From contig JBILLK010000031.1 of assembly GCA_044376115.1 (NCBI GenBank), positions 59,231 through 123,230 on the forward strand: a stretch of 64,000 bases of DNA. Reading direction: 5' to 3'. Shown piece after piece: positions 46,496 through 55,380 of this stretch (positions within the stretch are counted from its first letter, which is position 1; every line of letters starts with the position of its first letter). The notes under the pieces were generated by a model. It did no database searches and was not told where the DNA came from. It worked only from the letters and a program-made list of their open reading frames with translations. The DNA is from Polyangiaceae bacterium (lineage in GTDB: Bacteria > Myxococcota_A > Polyangia > Polyangiales > Polyangiaceae). The position numbers and the translations under genes were made by a program.

Positions 46496-48804
46496 GCCGC
46501 TGGCTGCCTTTCCTTCCGCTGCTGACCCTGCTGGGTTGTCACGAGGGCACGCTCGTGGCGACGGGGCGAGCTCCCTTCGCTTCGGCCACGGCCGTAGCCT
46601 CTGCGTCGGCTGGCTCGACGCCGACGGAGGAACCGCAGCTTGCGCTTTCGCCCTGTGAACTTGCCGCCAAGCAGCGCGAGCGCGCGGGGGGGCTGCAAGC
46701 AGAAGGGAGAATCGCGAGGGCGGAGCGGGTCCTTGCTCACGCGGATCAGCTTTGCCCGGCCAGCCAAGCCGATAGCGCACCGGCACGAGCGCAGCTGACG
46801 GAGCTCTTGCGCGACGATCGCACGCCGCAGCAGCTTCTCGCGCTCGGCATGAAGGCGGAACTCGAGCGGAACCGCCCAGAGATGCAACGCATGTTCGACC
46901 GTGCGGTGGAGCGGGCACGCGTTCTGAAGACTCCCTTCGTGATCGAGGGTCCATCGCCGCGCTGGCGACCAGGGGTGAGCTTTCGACCCGATGGTCGCTT
47001 GCTGGCGGTGCTTGGCAGAGAAGCGGTCTCGCTGTTCGATGCTCAAGCAGGGTATCGTGAAGTGCGTCGCTTGCAGGGGTTTGGTGAACTGCGCACGCTC
47101 GCGTTCTCGCCGGATGGAAAGCTGCTCGCCGTTGGGAATGAGGGCACCACCATCCATTTGTTTGACGCTACCAACTTTCGCGAGCTCAAGCGCTTGCACC
47201 ACCCCTCGCTCAAGCCGGATTTGAGCCCGATTGATACCAAGGTCGTCCTTGGATCGCTGGCGTTCTCGCGCGATGGAGCGTTGCTCGCTTCAGCATCGTG
47301 GGATGGGGCCGTCGATGGGACGGTGCTGCTCTGGGATGTGAAACGCGGCAAGCCGAGTCGGCCGCTCGAGGAAACCACGTTTGCGGCGGAGGTGCGGTTC
47401 GATTCGGACGGCCGGCTCGTGGCGCAATGCGATTCGCCATCATGTTCGGAGGCGCCGATCATTTGGGATCCTGCAACGGGCAAGTTGGTCGGCGGTGCGG
47501 TGGATGCTGATTTCGGTCGCGCGCGTGCCGCGCTGGCGCGCTTTCGACCTCAGAACACCGAATCGATCAAGGCCTTCGCCTTCTCCGGCGATCGCAAGTG
47601 GCTCGCGCTGGGCCTGGGTGAGGAGGTGTTGCTGATCGAAGTCGCGACCGCGCAGGGACGGACGATCGATGCCTCGCTTGCGCGCCGCGCGCGCGCCTTC
47701 GCGTTCTCCGAGGACAGCAGCACGCTCGCGATCGATGGGAAGGACGGTGTGACCGTGCTTGATGTCGCCTCCGGCCGCGCGTTGCGTGAGCCGCTCGCCG
47801 TCAGAGTCGCGGACTCTGTCCTTGTGAGCCGTGATGGTTCGAGGCTCGTTGCCTTGGACGGGGAGGCTCAGGTTTGGTCACTAGAGGCGCCCGCCAAGGT
47901 GGTCGGTCTCGGCGGGTATGTCGGCGCTGCCGCGCTATCGGCGGACGGCAAGTTGTTGGCGACGGTCACCGAAGAAGGCCTTCAGCTCGGACCTAGCAAC
48001 GAGTCCCAACGCCCGCTCGTCCCCGCCGCCGACGGGGTACAAGCGCTGGGCTTCTCCGCGGATGGAAAGACGCTGGTGGCTGCCGGTCCGAACAAGGCCA
48101 AGCTGATCGACGTTGCAACGAGGCAGACGCTACGTGAGCTGCCGTTCCCTGTGTACAGCGGACAGATCGTTTTCGCCCCGGACGGCCAGTCCGCGTTATT
48201 CGGAAGCGAGTTGGTCGACGCGAAGACGTGGTTGAAACGCGCCTCGCTCCCGAACGGCCCGTTTGCGTTTTCGCCAGACAGCGCGCTGCTTGCGACTGCT
48301 CGCGGGGATAAGCTTGACTTCGTCGACCGCGACGGAAAGTCGGCTTTCGTGCTCGACCCAGCCTGGTCGAACGTGACTGATCTTTGCTTCTCGCCAAGCA
48401 GCAAGCTCGCTGTTTCAGCCAGCGACTACTTTGGCCCGGGTGAGGTCCAAGTTTGGGACCTGGTTCAAAGGCGTGAACAAGCAAGGTTCGGCGCGGCGAA
48501 TAAAGCGAAGTTCTTGAGCGACACAACGTTGCTCTTGGCCGGCCCCGGTTTGAGCCTGCGCGCGCTCGATGGACGACCTTTGGCGTCGCTCGCGGCGGTC
48601 GGTAGCGGCAGAGCGGGCTTCATCCTCAGCAGCGAAGGGCCGTGGGTAGAACTCGCCGGCGAGGCCAGCGTCGCACGCGCCGCGCTCAGCTGCAGGTTGG
48701 CCGACAATTTTTATCCCTTCGAGGTTTGCAGCGATCATTACGAGGTCAGCGGCCTCGCCGCACAGCTCGTCGCGGGTGAAGCTAACGCCGCTGGCAGTCC
48801 GTGA
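46492..48804 (+). CDS. WD40-repeat lipoprotein
   Basis: LLGC lipobox; many AFSPDG.LLA..V.LWD repeats; GTGA overlap with the previous gene. Confidence 0.88.
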   Translation: MSRWLPFLPLLTLLGCHEGTLVATGRAPFASATAVASASAGSTPTEEPQLALSPCELAAKQRERAGGLQAEGRIARAERVLAHADQLCPASQADSAPARAQLTELLRDDRTPQQLLALGMKAELERNRPEMQRMFDRAVERARVLKTPFVIEGPSPRWRPGVSFRPDGRLLAVLGREAVSLFDAQAGYREVRRLQGFGELRTLAFSPDGKLLAVGNEGTTIHLFDATNFRELKRLHHPSLKPDLSPIDTKVVLGSLAFSRDGALLASASWDGAVDGTVLLWDVKRGKPSRPLEETTFAAEVRFDSDGRLVAQCDSPSCSEAPIIWDPATGKLVGGAVDADFGRARAALARFRPQNTESIKAFAFSGDRKWLALGLGEEVLLIEVATAQGRTIDASLARRARAFAFSEDSSTLAIDGKDGVTVLDVASGRALREPLAVRVADSVLVSRDGSRLVALDGEAQVWSLEAPAKVVGLGGYVGAAALSADGKLLATVTEEGLQLGPSNESQRPLVPAADGVQALGFSADGKTLVAAGPNKAKLIDVATRQTLRELPFPVYSGQIVFAPDGQSALFGSELVDAKTWLKRASLPNGPFAFSPDSALLATARGDKLDFVDRDGKSAFVLDPAWSNVTDLCFSPSSKLAVSASDYFGPGEVQVWDLVQRREQARFGAANKAKFLSDTTLLLAGPGLSLRALDGRPLASLAAVGSGRAGFILSSEGPWVELAGEASVARAALSCRLADNFYPFEVCSDHYEVSGLAAQLVAGEANAAGSP

Positions 48805-48956
48805 GCTCGTCGAGCTCGAGCACGGCTTCGCGTAGCACCGGCTTTGTTGGTTCGAAATCGCTGCTCGTCTGAATCCGTTTCTCCGAGCCCACCGAACTTC
48901 CGACACCGTGAGCGACGCGTACTGCACCGTTGCTCACGGCCGAAAAGGAGCCACGC

Positions 48957-49973
48957 ATGCGTCACACCTACACACTCTCTCTTGCTCTCATTGTGCTCGC
49001 CACTGCCTGCAGCGAGACCGTCGACCGCGACGAGCTGCCGGACGATGAGGTCAACCTTGACGAGGCTGACCCCAACGAGGGCGAGCTCGCGCCCGAAGCC
49101 GGCCCATCCTGGCCCGGCGTGTCGACGTCGGCACCGCGACCCACGTTCGAATTGCCCAACGAATCCCTGTTCTCCGTTGAGGGTCTCGTGACCGACGAAC
49201 TCGAGAGCGGCCCGGTTTCAGGTCCGCAGGAGATCGGTATCCTTTGGCTCAACCTGCTCGACGACAACTCCACCGTCGTGCTTGAAGCGACGACGTTCGA
49301 GCCACTCGGCGACAGCTTTCCAGCGGGCTTCGACCTCTCGATCCTGACTCCGCCGAGCGCGGCCGTTCGAGGCACGGCGCTCATCAGCTACGACGAGTAC
49401 GGCCAGCGCGAGGAACCCATCGACCGGAGCCGGGTGGCCGTCGGGATCGTCGTCGTCGGTAACGAGGGGACGCTCGCCTCGCTCCCTGCAACCACGAGTC
49501 TAGGGGAGTTCATCTCGGGCGATGGGGGCGAGGGCACGCTCCTCGGGCAGTTCTCGTACGTGTCACCCTACACTGTGCGCTACGTCGACGGCGCCACCGC
49601 TGAGGGAGTTACCGTTCGGGACATCAACGGTGTCGAATCGATCGTGCAGGACTTCACCGTCTTCGACCTTCGCCTGTGGGCCCGCTACATCGATAGCGCG
49701 CTCTGTCGCGACGCGGAGCTCGGAAAGGGCTGGGAGACGTTGGAGGTGAACTCTTGCATCGAGGGCGGTGGAGAGCCGAACGCATGCCTCTACAGCTGGT
49801 TCGCCGCGCGTAGCGTGGAGGTCGAGGCCGTCTGCGGTGCCGAGCCGGATTCGGATTGGTTTACGTCGCCGCCCATTGAGCTCGCGCCGTCGGAGTCGCT
49901 CGAGCTGCCGCTCGGGATCGACGACATTCGCAACGCCTTCAGCAACGGCGGCTACCTGTTCTTCCTGGGCTGA
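48957..49973 (+). CDS. Hypothetical acidic lipoprotein
   Basis: AAGGAG RBS before ATG 48957; ATAC lipobox. Confidence 0.75.
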   Translation: MRHTYTLSLALIVLATACSETVDRDELPDDEVNLDEADPNEGELAPEAGPSWPGVSTSAPRPTFELPNESLFSVEGLVTDELESGPVSGPQEIGILWLNLLDDNSTVVLEATTFEPLGDSFPAGFDLSILTPPSAAVRGTALISYDEYGQREEPIDRSRVAVGIVVVGNEGTLASLPATTSLGEFISGDGGEGTLLGQFSYVSPYTVRYVDGATAEGVTVRDINGVESIVQDFTVFDLRLWARYIDSALCRDAELGKGWETLEVNSCIEGGGEPNACLYSWFAARSVEVEAVCGAEPDSDWFTSPPIELAPSESLELPLGIDDIRNAFSNGGYLFFLG

Positions 49974-51310
49974 GCGCTCGATCTGACCGCAGAACGCCGC
50001 TGGCAGTCCGTAAGCGCATCGAGCTCGAGCACCGCTTCAACTGCGCGGCGGCGAAGGTCTGCTTCGGTCATGCGGACTTGCGCGAGTTTGACCGCCGCTT
50101 CGAGCGCGCTCAGCTCCTCGAGCGTGCCGCTCTCGACGGCGCGTTGCGCTGCCTCGACCGCGAGGGCGGCGGCGACGGGCGTCTTGCTGCGATAGCTCTG
50201 CCACAAGCGCTGGGCGCTTTCAGCGCTGCGATGAGCGGAGCGCACGGCGCGCTGCACCCGATCGAACTCGGCGTTGAGCTCTCGTTCGGCGTACGCAACC
50301 TCGGCTCGACTCGCCTCCACGGCGTCAGCATTGGTGTCGAAGATGGGCAGCGTGATTCCGCCGCCAAAGAAGAAGCCGAGCGGATCGTCGGTGCCAGGCG
50401 CAAAGGCGTAACCGACGTCAAGGAAGGAGAGCCACGGTACTTGCTGCGCCTGTTCGCGATCGAGCACGGCCTCGGCGGCGTCGATGCGGGCTAGCCGCTG
50501 CTCGATCCCGGCGGCTTGTTGCAAGGCCTGGTTGCTGCATTCGGCGGCGCCGGGCAGCTCCGCGAGCGGCTCGGTTGCTTCGAGCTCGAGGGATTCAGCG
50601 TCCAGCCCGAGTAACGCTGCGAGCTCGAGCCTGGCCCGGGCGCTGCGCTCGTTGGCAGCGAGCGCCAAGAACTCAGCCTCCTGTTGAGCTACCTGCGCGT
50701 TGGCGAGCTCGACCGCGGTGCGCCGGCCGTCTTGCACCTGCTGGTTCAGCGCCGCGGTGAAACGGCTGCGCGCCGAGAGCAGCTCCGCTGAGCTTGTGAC
50801 CTCTTCACGCGAGAGCTGTAGCTCGAAGAAGCGCTCACGAACCTCGGCGCGTACTTCGGTACTGGCCGCCTGCAGCTCGGCCTCGGTCTCACGAATCAGC
50901 GCCTCGGCCTCGGCTCGCCGAGCCTCGTTCTCGAAGGGCCGCGGCGGCTTCACGCGCAGGCGGACGTTGGCTCGCGGCACACCGTTCGCGACTTGGTCGA
51001 GCTGCACGCCGCCTACCCGCAGCTCGGGATTGTCGAGCTTGGTCGCAGCATCCACCGCCGCTGCGGCGGCTTGCTTTTTTGCGCGCAACGCGGCGAGGGT
51101 AGGGCTGCGTTCGAGCGCGCGCTCGAGCGCTGCGGCGAGCGAAAGTGGGCCGCTTTTTTCGGCCTCCGGCTGCGAGACTTCAGTGCGCCGGAACTCCTCG
51201 AGCCTCGCTTCACGGCTGCTGCGCGTAGGCGCATAACAGCCGGCCCCGAATCCGCAAATGAGCGCGAACGCTGCGATAGTTCCGCCTCCTCCGGCGAGCG
51301 TAGCGTTCAA
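49952..51310 (-). CDS. TolC/outer-membrane efflux family lipoprotein
   Basis: GAGC lipobox; LSL..AL..AL.RSP.L, NPEL, ITLPIFD.N; two helical repeats typical of OEP proteins. Confidence 0.85.
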   Translation of the reverse strand: MNATLAGGGGTIAAFALICGFGAGCYAPTRSSREARLEEFRRTEVSQPEAEKSGPLSLAAALERALERSPTLAALRAKKQAAAAAVDAATKLDNPELRVGGVQLDQVANGVPRANVRLRVKPPRPFENEARRAEAEALIRETEAELQAASTEVRAEVRERFFELQLSREEVTSSAELLSARSRFTAALNQQVQDGRRTAVELANAQVAQQEAEFLALAANERSARARLELAALLGLDAESLELEATEPLAELPGAAECSNQALQQAAGIEQRLARIDAAEAVLDREQAQQVPWLSFLDVGYAFAPGTDDPLGFFFGGGITLPIFDTNADAVEASRAEVAYAERELNAEFDRVQRAVRSAHRSAESAQRLWQSYRSKTPVAAALAVEAAQRAVESGTLEELSALEAAVKLAQVRMTEADLRRRAVEAVLELDALTDCQRRSAVRSSAQPRKNR

Positions 51311-53304
51311 CGACCGAACTCCGCAGCCAGCTTGAGGAATTCGCCCGGAGAGGCTCCGTTGTCGAACAGCACCAGCACCCCACCGTCTGCGGCCTGTGCC
51401 AAGGCTTCGGGTTTGCGGGTGGGGAAGGTGCGAACCAACGTCAGCGGGCCCTCGCTCGGCGCGCCTCGCAGAAAGAGGCTACCCGCGCTTCGCTCGCCGC
51501 TCGAAGGAGTGGAGGCGATCAACAAGCTGCCGTCGCGACGCAGCAGAAGCTCGGAGATCCCACCGCTCTCACTGCCGGCGTCTCCCGCGATCGGCAGCGC
51601 AACGCGCGTAAACGGCTCCAAGCGCGCAGCCTCGAGGCCGGCGCAACGGGCCAGCGCCGAGGGATCACCAAGCCGCCAAATCATCGCCTCGGCTTGGTCG
51701 CTGAGCGGCGCCTTTAGACCAAGCAGCAGCGAGCCGTCGGGCATCGCTGTCATGCCTTCAATGTCGAGTTGGGGCAAGGTCGAGGCGCTCAAGCCGAGCT
51801 TCGTCAGCCGTGCGTCGGAAGCTTCAGCGAGCCGCGAAAGCTCGTTGTAGAGCGAGCATTGCGCACTCGCTCGGACCACACCGCCCTGCGGTTCCAGCTC
51901 CAAAAACAGCGTGCGCGCTAGCGGCCGCTTGCCGCCTTTGCTCAGGCTCTGCGACGCCAGCGCATAGACCTTGCCTTGCGTGGCGGCGATCGACTCGAGG
52001 TCGGTCACTTCCTCGACGCCGCGAATGGGCACCGGCGTGGCGTCCACCCGGCCGTCTTCCGCCATGGTGAACAGCAGCGGCAACCGCTCGCCGTCGAGCC
52101 CGGTGTCATCGCTGACCAGCAAGAACCCGGGCGCCCACGGATTGGCGGTCAGCCCCGAGGGCTCCAACCGCGATAGCTCGCTGAGCTCCGCTGGGACCAG
52201 CAAACGAGTGATGACGTTGTCACGCGCCGGTGTGGCTGGCTGCGTCGCAGCTGCGGGGCCCAGCGGAAACTCGATCTCGAGTGCCTGCCCGGAGACGAAC
52301 GCTGATTCCTCGTCCATCCGCAGGACCACCCGCTGACCCCAAGCCACGAGCGCCGGGTTGCTGCGACACTGCGCAGGCAACTCGGCGACCACCGGGCTGC
52401 GCGCAACGACCTTTGCGTGCAGCGGCGCAGCGGTGGAGCCCTTGGGGCGCACAGACGCTTCACTGCCCTCGGCGACGCGCAGCCCGCTGCCTTCCGGTAG
52501 GCAGGCGATCACGCGGTCACTGTGGCTCGCCAAGCGCAAGAGCGGCGTTCCAACATCGGCGAATTCGCCCTGACGGCGCAGCACCTCCACCACGCGCCCG
52601 TCTCGCGCGGCGCGCACGACCGAGTTCTCCCGTCGGCGCAAGAGCTCACGCAGCTTGGCGTCGGCGAGCGTCACTTGCGCCTCGAGATCCTGGGTCACGG
52701 CGCCATCTTTGTCGCGCTGGCTTAGCTCGTTGATCTGCTCGCTGAGCAGGCCGATGGCGCGCGGTTTGGCTTGGGCGAGGGGACCGAGCGCCGCCTCTTT
52801 GGCTTGGACGCTGTACAGCTCATCCCGCGTCGCTTGCTTGTTCTCCACGAGCTTCGACAGCCGTTCGCGTTCGCCGCGCACCACCAGCGACTCGGCGTTC
52901 AGCCGCAGCTGCTCCTCTTGCGCCTGCGCAAGCCGCCGCTTGAGGTCCCCGACGTCGGAGATGGTCGCCAGTTTCGCCCGTTCTTTTGCGGCGGAGACGC
53001 TCTCTTCGAGCATCTTGCGTTCGGCGCGTAGAACGTCGAGCTGGGAATCGAGCTCGCGCGTATCGAGCCGAGCGAGCACGTCACCCGCCTTCACCTCGCG
53101 CCCGACGTCTGTCTCCACCGTGAACAGCAAGCCACGTTCTTGCGAGGCGACCTCGAAGGTCTCCACCTCGGCGAAGCCCTGCACCGAGGCCGTCATCCCG
53201 GACTGAAAGTGCAGCAGCGCAGCCAGCCCGAACGTTCCCGCGAGCAGTACGAAGGGGGCGACGCGTTGGGCGGCGTAGCGAAGTTTGTGACTAAGTCCGG
53301 CCAT
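51307..53304 (-). CDS. HlyD-type periplasmic adaptor fused to a DUF3616/phytase-like beta-propeller domain
   Basis: N-terminal TM, VG.EVKAGDVLARLD lipoyl half, coiled coil, VRA.RDG.V..GEF..G.PL; C-terminal EPSGL, VSDD, DLESI, DIEGM, LGLKAPL, GISEL and KPEAL. Confidence 0.8.
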   Translation of the reverse strand: MAGLSHKLRYAAQRVAPFVLLAGTFGLAALLHFQSGMTASVQGFAEVETFEVASQERGLLFTVETDVGREVKAGDVLARLDTRELDSQLDVLRAERKMLEESVSAAKERAKLATISDVGDLKRRLAQAQEEQLRLNAESLVVRGERERLSKLVENKQATRDELYSVQAKEAALGPLAQAKPRAIGLLSEQINELSQRDKDGAVTQDLEAQVTLADAKLRELLRRRENSVVRAARDGRVVEVLRRQGEFADVGTPLLRLASHSDRVIACLPEGSGLRVAEGSEASVRPKGSTAAPLHAKVVARSPVVAELPAQCRSNPALVAWGQRVVLRMDEESAFVSGQALEIEFPLGPAAATQPATPARDNVITRLLVPAELSELSRLEPSGLTANPWAPGFLLVSDDTGLDGERLPLLFTMAEDGRVDATPVPIRGVEEVTDLESIAATQGKVYALASQSLSKGGKRPLARTLFLELEPQGGVVRASAQCSLYNELSRLAEASDARLTKLGLSASTLPQLDIEGMTAMPDGSLLLGLKAPLSDQAEAMIWRLGDPSALARCAGLEAARLEPFTRVALPIAGDAGSESGGISELLLRRDGSLLIASTPSSGERSAGSLFLRGAPSEGPLTLVRTFPTRKPEALAQAADGGVLVLFDNGASPGEFLKLAAEFGR

Positions 53305-53307
53305 GGT

Positions 53308-53976
53308 TCACAGATCGAAGGAAGGCTCTTGCATTAGTAAGGAGACGTCCGTGACGCCCGGGATCTTGCGCAGTTGCTCGACCAAGAGGGCTCGCTGGTC
53401 GTCGCTGTCGACGCTCACTTGGTAGGCATGCTCGAGCTGCTCGCCCTGCGCGGCCTCACGCAAGGTAACGAGCGCGAAGGAGCGACAGCTGTTCTTGAGC
53501 ACCGGCTCGAAGGGGGGCCTCTGCTCGGCGGAGACCGAGAAGCGGAGCAGGCCGTCGAACTCGCGCCGCGACCCGTAGCCGATCATCGACAAGAGCCCGG
53601 TGGCTGCGGTGAACACCACCGTCCCGGCGATGGCCACACCGTAGGCGTGCGTACCGCAGGCGATGCCGACACCGAGCGCTGCGAAGATGAACAGGATGTC
53701 GCGTGGGTCACGTAGCGAGGTTCGGAAGCGGATGAGCGCCAGGCCGCCGGCGACTCCGAGGCCCGCGGCCAAGTTTTGCCCGATGGCGAGCATCAGCATG
53801 CAAGGCACGACTGCTCCCACCGCCATCCCTTGCACCACGCTCTTCGAGTAGGACAGCCCGCGGAAGGTGAGCACGTAGACGCCGGCGATCGCCTGGGCCA
53901 ACCCGAAGGCCAGCAACATTGCCACGACGGCGCGGCGCAGCTCGCTCGATTGCAACGAGAGCCAAAGGGCCTGCAT
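53308..53976 (-). CDS. DUF4956 family membrane protein
   Basis: Multiple TM helices; GLGVAGGLALIRFRTSLRDPRDI.FIF..LGVGIACG; C-terminal ACT-like soluble domain. Confidence 0.88.
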   Translation of the reverse strand: MQALWLSLQSSELRRAVVAMLLAFGLAQAIAGVYVLTFRGLSYSKSVVQGMAVGAVVPCMLMLAIGQNLAAGLGVAGGLALIRFRTSLRDPRDILFIFAALGVGIACGTHAYGVAIAGTVVFTAATGLLSMIGYGSRREFDGLLRFSVSAEQRPPFEPVLKNSCRSFALVTLREAAQGEQLEHAYQVSVDSDDQRALLVEQLRKIPGVTDVSLLMQEPSFDL

Positions 53977-54758
53977 CAGCCGAACCCTCCCAACTCCGAG
54001 CTGCGGTTCGCCGTGCGGCGATCGAGCAGCACGTGGCTCGCCTCGACCGCGCTACCGTATTTGGAGAAGCTGAGTCGGAACAGATCGAGCCGTTTGACGA
54101 GCGCTACCATCCAGCGCGGCGGGCGGTCCTGAAACTTCAGTTCCAGCACCGTGCGCGACGCTCCGTCCAACAGCCGGGGGCCGTCCAGTGGTCGCCATCG
54201 ATGCGGATTTCCCTCCAAGGAGAGCCCGAGCGCCGGTTGAGAGCAGATGCGGGTGTCGAGCGTGAGCCGGGCATACTCGTCAATGCGACTGGCGAAGGCC
54301 TCCCGCTGGTATTGCACGAGCTCGCGAGGCTCGAGGTGGTAACGCAGGACCTTCTCCATGAAGGCCTGGGCGGCCGGCCGTGCGCGGGCGGGAACCGCCT
54401 CCAGCGCCTGCTTGTCCCCGCTCACCACCGCCGCCCACAGCGCCGGCGCGACAGCCGCTCGGTTCTTGCGGATCACATCCCCAGTGCGGCGTTTGATCTC
54501 AAGGAAGGCCGGTGCACGCCCGAATAGCGTTCCTTGTCCCGGATACGAGCGCACGCGTACCTTGAAGCGATCATGCGCTTGCCGGTCATTGGCCTGGTAA
54601 AGCAGCTGATCGTACGTGTCGAAGTAGAGCGAACGGATGGTGTAGGTGCCGTCGGAGGAGGCGTTGCCGTCAGGCACTCCGACACTGAGCGCGGCTTGTC
54701 GGATGGCGGGGATGTCTCGGCTGGTTACGAGGTATTTGAATTCGTATCGCTCGAGCAC
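53976..54758 (-). CDS. VTC (polyphosphate polymerase) domain protein, CYTH/TTM fold
   Basis: RYEFKY, YTIRSLYFDT, RFKVRVRSY, FLEIK, YQREAF, RLTLD, LELKF and FSKY; GGAGG RBS before GTG 54758. Confidence 0.9.
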   Translation of the reverse strand: MLERYEFKYLVTSRDIPAIRQAALSVGVPDGNASSDGTYTIRSLYFDTYDQLLYQANDRQAHDRFKVRVRSYPGQGTLFGRAPAFLEIKRRTGDVIRKNRAAVAPALWAAVVSGDKQALEAVPARARPAAQAFMEKVLRYHLEPRELVQYQREAFASRIDEYARLTLDTRICSQPALGLSLEGNPHRWRPLDGPRLLDGASRTVLELKFQDRPPRWMVALVKRLDLFRLSFSKYGSAVEASHVLLDRRTANRSSELGGFG

Positions 54759-54868
54759 GCAGCCTCCGGGCAGATTGCCCCAAACGTATCGGATCGTCGA
54801 CCTTTCAGCACTTAGACATTGCGTCAGAGTCGTGTGGCTGGAGCTATCTCCGGATAGCCCCGATTCGA

Positions 54869-55330
54869 TCACCCAGGGGCTGACAACGTGCGTAAGTGCT
54901 TGGCGACCTCATTGGCGCTGGGCGCTGGTAACCGGCGATCGCTCAGCATGGTGGCGGCGAGCGTCCCGGCGTGATCGACGGAGGTCGCCACACGCATCGG
55001 AAACGGGGCCGCGGCGTTGAGCCCAGCGACGACGGTGCGCGCGACAACGTTGATCAAGCCACCGCGCGGCAAGACCATCACGACGCCGGCGACCGACGCG
55101 AGGCTGGCGCGGCCAAGCTCTTGAAAGGCCTTGCGAGCGGCGTCATCGGGGGCGCCGCCGAGGATGGAGTTCACGATCACGACGCCCTCCGCGTAGCGGC
55201 GGTGATGCTCTTGCAACTCACTTTCAATCTCGCGGATCGTGCCGGCCGTTGGCGCGCGGTGCCACGCCATCAGGATCAGGTGCGGGAGCGTTCCGGCGCG
55301 CAGCTCCGAGCTTTGAAAGATCGCCTTCAC
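54869..55330 (-). CDS. Hypothetical protein (STAS/SEC14-like)
   Basis: 153-aa ORF with W...PT, PDDAARK and RT..AGL...P.RV pattern resembling myxobacterial STAS/SEC14-like proteins. Confidence 0.6.
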   Translation of the reverse strand: MKAIFQSSELRAGTLPHLILMAWHRAPTAGTIREIESELQEHHRRYAEGVVIVNSILGGAPDDAARKAFQELGRASLASVAGVVMVLPRGGLINVVARTVVAGLNAAAPFPMRVATSVDHAGTLAATMLSDRRLPAPSANEVAKHLRTLSAPG

Positions 55331-55380
55331 GCGACGGCCGTTCTGTCACCGCGCCGCGCAGAAGACAACAACGGCGCAGT

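Noticed and set aside
41611..48804. Complete T6SS cluster or prophage
   Set aside because: Only vgrG is present; no sheath, tube, baseplate, capsid, terminase or integrase genes are recognisable.
54805..54842. Pho-box-like 11-bp periodic repeats upstream of the VTC gene
   Set aside because: On the minus strand GCCACAC/CTGACGC/TCTAAGT match the consensus too weakly to support a call by eye.
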